From an uncultured Candidatus Saccharibacteria bacterium (GTDB lineage Bacteria > Patescibacteriota > Doudnabacteria > UBA920), in contig CAYYWQ010000001.1 of the NCBI GenBank assembly GCA_964474825.1, positions 293,609 through 357,608 of the forward strand: DNA of 64,000 nt. The letters run 5' to 3'. The notes beneath the pieces are model-generated. The model had not been told where the DNA came from, did not search any database, and worked only from the letters and a program-made list of their open reading frames with translations. The position numbers and the translations under genes are program-made. Shown here in pieces: positions 56,371-64,000 of the stretch. Each line of letters begins with the position of its first letter. Position 1 is the first letter of the stretch.

Positions 56371-57060
56371 CTATTTCAAATGGGGGTAGTTTGCCTCCAT
56401 CAGCGCCCGCAGGCATTCCTGCCTGTATCCGCACGCCGCCAAGTTGGCAAAGGCTACCGTAAAGTTTTCCGGTACGTCATCGAAGACTTTGCGCCAAAGC
56501 AGTAGGGTAATCTGCACACTTTCGACGTACCAAGCTCTTATCTCTTCGTCCAGCAGCTCTTGTTTCGATCTTGGCTGCTTCCAAAACTTTTTGTTATCCA
56601 AATGGATTGTTTCGTGGGCGAAGTAAAGTGGTAATAGCAGCGTGGGTTTCCTGCCATGCGTTAGCTCTTGCCAGGGCGGAATCCCGTACTCGTAGCGGAT
56701 TAACTCAGCGAACCTAATTAACGAAACGGCAATGAAAGGCCTGCGTTTTTTCCACCAGTGACGTTTGGTGTGGCCGCTTTCCATAATGCAGTTATGACAG
56801 TCGGCAAAAGTACGAACAAAGACGATGTCTAATCGCTTCGCACTGTACTCATCGAGCACCCACTGCATCCGCTTTTTAAGCGTCGTCGGCCAGTAGTTAT
56901 TTCCCTCTGACTTGGGATCTGCGGCAAACATGAGGGACTCAAAAGCTATGGTAGCATCTTCCCAAGTTGGCTGAGGTTGCGGTTTGGCGTTCGTTTCTTG
57001 GGCGAACACCGTGGATGATGAAAGAAATAGAAAAAATACGATCGTTTGAAATCGTTCCAT
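56371..57060 (-). CDS. secreted protein with HExxH motif (putative zinc metallopeptidase-like)
   Basis: signal peptide FLFLSSSTVFAQE; FAHETIHLD HExxH; GC above local average. Confidence 0.5.
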   Translation of the reverse strand: MERFQTIVFFLFLSSSTVFAQETNAKPQPQPTWEDATIAFESLMFAADPKSEGNNYWPTTLKKRMQWVLDEYSAKRLDIVFVRTFADCHNCIMESGHTKRHWWKKRRPFIAVSLIRFAELIRYEYGIPPWQELTHGRKPTLLLPLYFAHETIHLDNKKFWKQPRSKQELLDEEIRAWYVESVQITLLLWRKVFDDVPENFTVAFANLAACGYRQECLRALMEANYPHLK

Positions 57061-57136
57061 TGTGTCCTCCCGTTCATTTCGATTTGTAACTCAAAAGGTT
57101 AACATGATTTTATTTATTTGTAAACCATGCGCTAAA

Positions 57137-57164
57137 TAAAAAAAGAGCGGGCCTAAACCCGCTC
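57137..57164 (-). terminator. minus-strand terminator after zinc-ribbon protein gene
   Basis: GAGCGGG-cctaaa-CCCGCTC, U-run on minus strand. Confidence 0.6.
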
Positions 57165-57179
57165 TTGCCCACTAAGATT

Positions 57180-57584
57180 TTATTTCTTTGCCAGAAGTTC
57201 TATTAAATTTCCTTTAAAGCCACGAATTTCGCTGTGGATTCCTAAAACGTCGTTGGCGGAAATGGGTTTTTTGTTACGGAATTTGCTACTGTCGCCTCTG
57301 GTTAAATCTGTCACCATGCCAACACTAAAGACTTCTGGGCCTCTGATTTCCACGTTAAAAATTACGGAACTCTTACATTTTTGGCAATCTGAATGAAGTA
57401 CAACGCATGCTTCGCCAAAAACGTCATCCTGTTCGCTTTCAATAACCTGGGTATTTTTTAAATTATATTTCTGTCCGCAAATCGGGCATTTTAAAATATA
57501 TCCCAGCCATTCCATAACTTTTTTCAAATCAAAATGTTTTCCTCCAAAAGAGGAGCCTCTTCCATGGGGAGCATTGTTTTTCAT
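57180..57584 (-). CDS. zinc-ribbon-containing hypothetical protein
   Basis: CPICG...C..C pattern, 134 aa. Confidence 0.5.
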   Translation of the reverse strand: MKNNAPHGRGSSFGGKHFDLKKVMEWLGYILKCPICGQKYNLKNTQVIESEQDDVFGEACVVLHSDCQKCKSSVIFNVEIRGPEVFSVGMVTDLTRGDSSKFRNKKPISANDVLGIHSEIRGFKGNLIELLAKK

Positions 57585-57606
57585 ATATTTATACTATCAT
57601 AAACTT

Positions 57607-58710
57607 TTAAAAGCGCAAAGCTTTGGATTGCATGGACACATTTTGGGCAATCCCAAGGGCAATTAAGGTCACAATAAGGGAACTGCCGCCCGCGCTAATG
57701 AGCGGCAATGGAATGCCGGTAACAGGCAGGAGCCCAATATTCATCCCTACATTAATTAAAACGGCAATAAGTATTAAAAAGAACACCCCTCCGGCTAAAT
57801 AAAACCCCAGGTCGTCTTTGGCCCGCTTAGCTATGGCGAGTAATCTTATTAAAATAAAGAAATAAAGGCTGAGCAAAGCGGTGGAACCTAAAAAGCCAAC
57901 TTGCTCGGCGCTAGCCGCAAAAATAAAGTCCGTCTCCTGTTCCGGTAAAAATTTATTTTGGCTTTGGGCGCCCTTTCCTAATCCCGCCCCCAGGAGTCTG
58001 CCACTTCCCGCGGCAATTGTGGCTTGCCTAACGTTGTATCCCCGCCCCCGGGGGTCTAATTGCGGGTTAATAAAAACGAGAACCCGGTCCCGCTGGAAAT
58101 CTTTTAATAAAAATTTCCAGGTAATGCCGCCCATGCAAATAAAAGCTGCCAGCAGAATAAACAGGAATTTTTTTTCTATGGGACTAATAAGTAGTATGCC
58201 AGCCCACAGTCCCAGCAAAAGCAAGGCCGAACCTAAATCCGGCTCCACTAAAATTAAGGCCGTGGGTACTAATACATAACACAAAGACCAAATAATGCGC
58301 GGCCAGGAATTTATTTGGCCTCGGCGCATATGAAGGAGTCTGGACAGTCCCAGTAAAATAACTATTTTAGCAAATTCCGCTGGTTGGAAGCGGAAAAAAC
58401 CTACGTCCAACCAACGTCTGCCGCCTCGTATGAGGGATCCAAACACTAATAAATAAACCAGAAGTATTAGCAAGACTATGTATAACAGTCTGTTGGTTTT
58501 GGCAAGGCTATGGTAATCAAAGAATGCAAAAAATAAATAGGCACCAAAACCCAAAATTAAAAAAACAGACTGTTTCCAAAAAATACCCAGGCCTGTATCA
58601 CTTCCGGAAGCTATGCTGTAAAGCAAAGCTAGCCCGGCAATGGTAAGAAGCACGGTCGCGGCCTGAAGTGCAATATCAAAATAGCGAAATTTTCGAAGGA
58701 AATTTAACAA
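57607..58710 (-). CDS. SEDS-family peptidoglycan glycosyltransferase FtsW/RodA
   Basis: 10-TM SEDS topology; conserved GxxGxGxxxQ-like loop (AGSGRLLGAGLGKGAQ). Confidence 0.85.
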   Translation of the reverse strand: MLNFLRKFRYFDIALQAATVLLTIAGLALLYSIASGSDTGLGIFWKQSVFLILGFGAYLFFAFFDYHSLAKTNRLLYIVLLILLVYLLVFGSLIRGGRRWLDVGFFRFQPAEFAKIVILLGLSRLLHMRRGQINSWPRIIWSLCYVLVPTALILVEPDLGSALLLLGLWAGILLISPIEKKFLFILLAAFICMGGITWKFLLKDFQRDRVLVFINPQLDPRGRGYNVRQATIAAGSGRLLGAGLGKGAQSQNKFLPEQETDFIFAASAEQVGFLGSTALLSLYFFILIRLLAIAKRAKDDLGFYLAGGVFFLILIAVLINVGMNIGLLPVTGIPLPLISAGGSSLIVTLIALGIAQNVSMQSKALRF

Positions 58711-58756
58711 GCAAGTTTGAAGATTAAAAATTAAAGATTAAGGAAAAGTTTAATCC

Positions 58757-59632
58757 TTAATCTCTGCCAGTTTTAGGCCTGCTCAAGTCTGAGGCCGGCC
58801 CGGTAGGCGCGGGAGGAACGGTTACGTTTTGTGAGTCAAGCGGGTTGGTTTCCGCGAAAATTTTAACAGTGTAGTTTGGGTCACCGTAAATATTTGGCCA
58901 AATTTGTTTATAAGTACGGCGTTCAAAAGGCATTACGGTAAAGTCGTCGCGGCGACTTACTCCAACAATTTGGTTGCCTTGATTAAAAATTATAAAGGTC
59001 AGACGGACAGTGGCTAACTGGTATGGGCTGTCGTTAAAATAATTTCCTTCGGCAACAAAAGCGGCGGGAATAAATTGGTTGTAGGTGTCAGGGGCGGAAG
59101 TTTGAATATTTATTTTATTTATGTTCTCACGTTTTTCCCAGTGCAGGTCGGAGGTCCAGGAAAATTTTGCGGATTTAATTTCTTCTTTGGCCGTAAAGCG
59201 CGGCACAACTAAATATTTGCTGTCGTTTGGAAGTAAAAAAGTCTTGCCGCTGTCCTGGTAAATTTGCTCCCCCGCCCCGTTATAAAAACTTAAGCTGTAA
59301 CCGGCCGTAGGCAAGGAAAGCTCCAAATTATTGTTGTCAATTTTTACAGCAGCCCCAAAGGTGTCTTCCCCAGATGTTGTAATAAAAACATTGGATACCG
59401 TAGGCTCTTTAGCCTCGGTGAAGCTCGGCTTGGCCGTAATTAGATATTGGCTGTAAACTTTCTTCCAATAGTTATAGGATATGCTTTTAGCAATAAAATA
59501 ACCGGGCAAAATAGCCAGAATACTTAACACAAGTATCCAGCGTAAAATTTTTGGGAACTGGTTTAAGGCCTGTTGCGCCTTAAGTTCAGCCATGCCGACT
59601 TCCACCTCAATTTTATCTTGTAAAAGAGACAT
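58757..59632 (-). CDS. membrane-anchored hypothetical protein
   Basis: N-terminal TM then ~240-aa extracytoplasmic domain. Confidence 0.5.
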   Translation of the reverse strand: MSLLQDKIEVEVGMAELKAQQALNQFPKILRWILVLSILAILPGYFIAKSISYNYWKKVYSQYLITAKPSFTEAKEPTVSNVFITTSGEDTFGAAVKIDNNNLELSLPTAGYSLSFYNGAGEQIYQDSGKTFLLPNDSKYLVVPRFTAKEEIKSAKFSWTSDLHWEKRENINKINIQTSAPDTYNQFIPAAFVAEGNYFNDSPYQLATVRLTFIIFNQGNQIVGVSRRDDFTVMPFERRTYKQIWPNIYGDPNYTVKIFAETNPLDSQNVTVPPAPTGPASDLSRPKTGRD

Positions 59633-59685
59633 TTTTGTCTTTGTTGTTAGTGGTTTTATTATAGCAAAGTCAGTAGAATTTTGGT

Positions 59686-62600
59686 ATGATGCAAGTAGAA
59701 TTTATGAATTTCACTCATCTCCACTGCCACTCTCATTACTCCCTGCTCGACGGCTTGTCCAAAATTGACCCGTTAATTGAACGCGTCAAAGAATTAGGCA
59801 TGTCTTCCGTGGCATTAACCGACCATGGGGTTATGTATGGGGCCGTGGAATTTTATACAAAATGTTTGGACGCAGGGCTCAAACCCATAGTGGGTTTGGA
59901 AGCATATATTGCTCCGCGTACTTTGGAAGACAAAGATGGCCGTACAGATGCCGATTATTTTCACTTAACTCTCCTGGCGCAAAATGACGAAGGGTATAAA
60001 AATCTTATTCGGTTAACAACCATTGCCCATTTACAGGGGTTTTATTATAAGCCGCGGATTGACTTAAATGTTTTAACTCGGTACAGCAAAGGAATTATTT
60101 GCCTGTCCGGTTGCCAGCGCGGGGAAATTGCGCGGGCGGCGGTTAATAAATCTTCCACCGAGGCCGATGAAGTTTTGAAAAAATATCTTTCCATTTTTGG
60201 GCCTGAACGTTTATACATAGAGTTGCAGAGAAACAGCAAGACCGAAGAAGGAAAAAAGAGCGAAGACAATTTAAATAACAGGCTGCTGGAATTGGCCAAA
60301 AAAAACCGACTTCCTATTGTTGCCACAGCTGACTGCCACTATATATATCCGGAAGACGCCGAGGCGCAGGACGTGCTTATTTGCATTGGAACGGGCCGTA
60401 CTGTTACGGACACTGACCGGTTGGACATGCGCGGTTACGACTTGTCTTTAAAATCCCCGGAAAAAATGGCGGAAACTTTTTTCGATTTCCCAGAGGCGCT
60501 AGAAAATACCCAAAAAGTTGTGGACTCTTGTAATTTGGAAATTAAAATTAACCAACGTTATTTTCCCAAAGTGGAAATTCCCACCGGCACAACACCGGAA
60601 GATTATTTAAGTAAAACAACATACGAAAAAGCTTTGGCAATTTATGGGAAGCCTGGGGAAGCGAACGCATTGGCCGGGGAAGGCCCTGAAATAGCATCAC
60701 TTACCAATAATGACCTGTCGGCCCTAGAGTTACCACCGGACATTAAAGAAAGAATAGACTATGAGTTGAATATTATTTGTAAAAAAGGCTTTTCAGATTA
60801 TTTTTTAATGGTAGCCGATATTGTGGAAGGTGCTCATAAAATTGGGGCCATTACCAATACCAGGGGCTCTGCCGCGGGTAGCATTGTGGGGCATATTTTG
60901 GGCATTACCAACGTTGACCCTTTGTATTATGAATTGCCCTTTGAGCGCTTTTTAACAATGCATCGCCCAACTCCGCCGGATATAGACTTGGATATTGCGG
61001 ATAACCGGAGAGATGAAGCCATTGCGTACATTACCCAAAAATACGGCAACGACAAAGTTGCCCAAATTATAACTTTTGGGACCATGAAAGCTCGCGCCGC
61101 GGTGCGGGACGCCGGGCGCGCCCTCGCGGTCCCCTATTCCAAGTGCGATCAAATCGCAAAAATGATCCCTTTGGGGAAACAGGGCTTTGACATGAGTATA
61201 GACAAAGCCATTGGGATGAACGCCGAACTTAAGGAAGTTATACAGCGGGACCCTGAAACTCGCCAGCTTTTAAATATTGCAAAAAAAATTGAAGGCAATG
61301 CGCGCCATGCCTCGGTCCATGCCGCCGGTATTGTTATTACCCCAACCCCGCTTGTGGATTACATGCCTTTGCAAAAAGAACCGGATGGCGAGCGCATTGT
61401 CACTCAGTATGATATGTATTCGCTGGACGCTGGCGCATCTTCCCAAGCTATTGGTGTGGTTAAAATGGATTTACTTGGGATTCGTAATTTGTCTATTTTG
61501 GAATCGGCTGTAAAAATTGCCAAAGAGCGCCACGGCATAGACATTAATATTTACAAACTCCCCCACCCCGACCCAAAAACTTTTCAGCTTTTGTCCGAAG
61601 GCTTAACTTTTGGAGTTTTCCAATTGGGAAGCAGCGGCATTACCAGGTATTTACGGGAGCTTAAACCCAGCAGTGTGTTTGATGTTATGGCCATGATAGC
61701 TTTGTACCGTCCGGGGCCCATGCAATTTATTCCGGAATACATTGCGCGCAAACATAACCCAAAATTAATAAAATATTTTGACCCGGCAATGGAAAAAATC
61801 TTACGCCGGACTTACGGTGTTTTGGTTTACCAAGACGACCTTTTAACCATAGCCCATGACTTGGCCGGTTACACCTGGGAAGAGGTAGATAAGTTCCGTA
61901 AGGCCGTGGGTAAAAAAATCCCGGAGGAAATGGCCAAGCAAAAAATTAAATTTATAGACGGCTGCATGAAGACTTCAGGCTGGAGTCTGGAAAAGGCCAC
62001 GCAAATTTGGACATGGATTGAACCATTTGCCGCGTACGGTTTTAACAAGTCCCACTCCGCGTCTTACTCCGTGGTGTCTTACCAAACCGCGTATATGAAA
62101 GCCAATTTTCCCGTGGAATTTATGGCCGCATTAATGACCGCGGAAAGCGGCGACGAAGACAAAATTTACGAAGCTGTGGAAGACTGTGAAAATTTGGGTA
62201 TTGTTGTGCTGCCGCCCGACGTTAACGAGTCCCAGGAAAATTTTACGGTTGTGGACGACAAAACCATCCGTTTTGGCTTAAATGCCATAAAAAATTTGGG
62301 CAGTGATGTAATAGACCAAATTAAAGCCGTGAGGGAAAGCGGTAGGATGTTTGAAACTTTGGAAGATTTTTTGGTGCGCGGGCACACTAAAAATTTAAAC
62401 AAAAAATCCTGGGAGGCTTTAGCCAAAGCCGGGGCACTTGACCGTTTTGGCGAACGCGGACAGCTTTTGGCTAACACCGAAGAAGTTTTGGAATTTACCA
62501 GGGAGTTTTTTAAAGATTTAAACAGCGGGCAAAGCTCTCTGTTTGGGAAGAGTTTGCAAATGGGAAAGTTAAAACTGCGAACAGTCGCCCCGGCCACCAA

Positions 62601-63237
62601 AGAAGAAAAACTTCTCTGGGAAAAAGAGCATTTGGGAATGTATGTGTCCGCCCATCCCCTGGACAGTTACAAAAAAGTTTTAGGCAGCTTTAAATCTGTT
62701 AAACAGCTTTCGTTGGAAGAGTTGGGCCAGAAAGTGGTTATGGGCGGCATTATTTCCCGCCTTAAACGCACCATGACGCGAAAAAATGACCCCATGGCTT
62801 TTTTTACCCTGGAAGATATGAGCGGAAGCGTGGAGGTTTTAGTTTTCCCAAAAATTATGGAAAAAGCACTGCCGCTTTTAGTTAATGACAAAATTGTCCA
62901 GGTCTCCGGAAGGCTTTCTGACAAAGATGAAGAATTTAAACTAATTGCTGACGAAGTTAAAGAGCTGCCCAACGACGACCTATACGGCATGGCGCTTTCG
63001 GAAATAGAGAAAAAGAACAGTCTTATTTTGCATATGGCCACTTTAGCCAACATGCCTGCCTTGAATTCCATAAAAGATATTTTGCAAAAGTACCCGGGCA
63101 ACGCCCAAGTCTATTTGTCTATTGGTTCCGGCGCCGGAGCAAAAAAAATAAAAACCCAATCCTTAGTGGGAATGAGCAATGAACTTATGGCAGAACTGAG
63201 GCAGATTGACGAAATTACAATGGTGGATGTGGGATGA
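59686..63237 (+). CDS. dnaE: DNA polymerase III alpha subunit
   Basis: N-terminal PHP domain HLHCHSHYSLLDG; full-length 1183 aa with polymerase core, OB fold. Confidence 0.95.
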   Translation: MMQVEFMNFTHLHCHSHYSLLDGLSKIDPLIERVKELGMSSVALTDHGVMYGAVEFYTKCLDAGLKPIVGLEAYIAPRTLEDKDGRTDADYFHLTLLAQNDEGYKNLIRLTTIAHLQGFYYKPRIDLNVLTRYSKGIICLSGCQRGEIARAAVNKSSTEADEVLKKYLSIFGPERLYIELQRNSKTEEGKKSEDNLNNRLLELAKKNRLPIVATADCHYIYPEDAEAQDVLICIGTGRTVTDTDRLDMRGYDLSLKSPEKMAETFFDFPEALENTQKVVDSCNLEIKINQRYFPKVEIPTGTTPEDYLSKTTYEKALAIYGKPGEANALAGEGPEIASLTNNDLSALELPPDIKERIDYELNIICKKGFSDYFLMVADIVEGAHKIGAITNTRGSAAGSIVGHILGITNVDPLYYELPFERFLTMHRPTPPDIDLDIADNRRDEAIAYITQKYGNDKVAQIITFGTMKARAAVRDAGRALAVPYSKCDQIAKMIPLGKQGFDMSIDKAIGMNAELKEVIQRDPETRQLLNIAKKIEGNARHASVHAAGIVITPTPLVDYMPLQKEPDGERIVTQYDMYSLDAGASSQAIGVVKMDLLGIRNLSILESAVKIAKERHGIDINIYKLPHPDPKTFQLLSEGLTFGVFQLGSSGITRYLRELKPSSVFDVMAMIALYRPGPMQFIPEYIARKHNPKLIKYFDPAMEKILRRTYGVLVYQDDLLTIAHDLAGYTWEEVDKFRKAVGKKIPEEMAKQKIKFIDGCMKTSGWSLEKATQIWTWIEPFAAYGFNKSHSASYSVVSYQTAYMKANFPVEFMAALMTAESGDEDKIYEAVEDCENLGIVVLPPDVNESQENFTVVDDKTIRFGLNAIKNLGSDVIDQIKAVRESGRMFETLEDFLVRGHTKNLNKKSWEALAKAGALDRFGERGQLLANTEEVLEFTREFFKDLNSGQSSLFGKSLQMGKLKLRTVAPATKEEKLLWEKEHLGMYVSAHPLDSYKKVLGSFKSVKQLSLEELGQKVVMGGIISRLKRTMTRKNDPMAFFTLEDMSGSVEVLVFPKIMEKALPLLVNDKIVQVSGRLSDKDEEFKLIADEVKELPNDDLYGMALSEIEKKNSLILHMATLANMPALNSIKDILQKYPGNAQVYLSIGSGAGAKKIKTQSLVGMSNELMAELRQIDEITMVDVG

Positions 63238-63302
63238 CCCTGCCTATCGTTAGGCAGGCGCAGATACGCGGATTAAGATCAGATGGCGCAGATAGCTTAT
63301 TT

Positions 63303-63340
63303 TAAAAAATGATCGCCGCGGCCTTAGATGGGCCGCGGCG
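63303..63340 (-). terminator. minus-strand terminator of small membrane-protein operon
   Basis: CGCCGCGGCC-ttagatg-GGCCGCGGCG, U-run on minus strand. Confidence 0.55.
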
Positions 63341-63371
63341 TGATGAGCCTTGCGCGAGGAGGTAGATGGCG

Positions 63372-63596
63372 CTAGGTGATTTTGAGAAAATTACCTTCGC
63401 CAGGATCCTTTTTACCTCCTGTTGCGTAGTTTTTCCGGCCGTTGGTAAACACCAGGCGGAGAAAGTACGCCAATGCGTAGATCGCTATCGTAGCGATACA
63501 GAACCAATTCGCGGGTCCGATAGGTTCACCGGCCAGAAATGGATAGACTGCTACCACGATGAAGGCCACGAGAGTGGCCCAACGGGACGGTGTCAT
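63372..63596 (-). CDS. 74-aa two-TM membrane protein in GC-rich island
   Basis: ATG preceded by AAAAGGAGC SD; two hydrophobic helices. Confidence 0.4.
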   Translation of the reverse strand: MTPSRWATLVAFIVVAVYPFLAGEPIGPANWFCIATIAIYALAYFLRLVFTNGRKNYATGGKKDPGEGNFLKIT

Positions 63597-63646
63597 AGAA
63601 GCTCCTTTTGGTTTTATTTACCTCCCCCGTATGCAGCGACGGGGAA

Positions 63647-63739
63647 TTATTTCTTATCCGGGGCCTTGTTTTCAGTAGGTTTGGGCCGCCACAGGGCTGC
63701 GAAAAGTACCACGAAAACAAACACCAGAATCATAGCCAT
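63647..63739 (-). CDS. possible 30-aa single-TM peptide (MAMILVFVFVVLFAALWRPKPTENKAPDKK) upstream of 74-aa gene
   Basis: small ORF, same strand, 50 nt upstream of the 74-aa gene; below ORF-track size cutoff. Confidence 0.2.
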   Translation of the reverse strand: MAMILVFVFVVLFAALWRPKPTENKAPDKK

Positions 63740-64000
63740 TCTTGCTGGAGGAATATCGTATGGCGTACCTTGCATAGCACGATTATACGCCTTCTACGAC
63801 AGAAATCAATCCCTTATATAGAATTGTGGAAAAGTGCCTCTTGCCAAGGTTTTGGGATTATCTTATAATAACTTTAGTTCCTCAGACAACGATCCAAGCG
63901 ACCAACTTGGGGAGTTTGAAACAAATAAATCAATAAATCTAAGCTGGTTCTAGAGACTGCCTTGGATGAAAAGTTTAAATAACAGTTTTTGGTAAAAATT

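Overview
This is a low-GC (~40%) bacterial window, almost entirely housekeeping genes tightly packed on both strands. The organism looks streamlined and Patescibacteria/CPR-like; that is an inference from short tsf, a standalone trpB2, many SD-less or leaderless genes, and numerous small membrane proteins. RF1 and RF2 are both present, consistent with a standard genetic code.

Recognisable genes include:
- a dTTP-synthesis supercluster: dcd, folA, thyA, a CYTH protein, a P-loop kinase and tmk;
- prfB, ftsEX, rplI, pyrG, rpmA, a THUMP-methyltransferase, a cysteine desulfurase, gltX, def, fmt, mltG, hup, queA and rarA;
- an ABC-F protein, trpB2, two YbaK-like deacylases, a type IV pilin, an MsbA-like exporter, gpmI and rpmG;
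- tRNA-Trp(CCA), tRNA-Thr(UGU), tRNA-Tyr(GUA) and tRNA-Thr(GGU);
- ahcY, a P1B-type ATPase, msrA, tsf, rpsB, rpmE, prfA, prmC, rplY, ftsW/rodA and dnaE.

Non-routine observations, in rough order of interest:
1. Two tandem TrbC/VirB2-like pilin paralogs share a 409-bp identical 5-prime block but have completely different C-terminal domains. They sit next to an M23 peptidase.
2. A GC-rich palindromic hairpin element occurs at three sites. One copy lies in-frame inside prmC.
3. A nucleotidyltransferase gene is wedged between prfA and prmC.
4. An oligoribonuclease-like exonuclease pair is wedged between def and fmt; one copy is catalytically degenerate.
5. Several small GC-rich islands carry their own promoters and terminators. 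They encode an RHH protein, a divergent two-gene unit, and small membrane proteins.
6. A GC-rich, highly structured ~270-nt candidate ncRNA lies upstream of the cysteine desulfurase gene.
7. A G-depleted CACTAATCAC-type repeat abuts several start codons.
8. Long AT-rich palindromes centred on ACGGCCGT flank folA and ahcY.
9. Extended -10 promoters frequently sit 6-10 nt from start codons, suggesting leaderless mRNAs.

No CRISPR array, transposase or integrase was seen.
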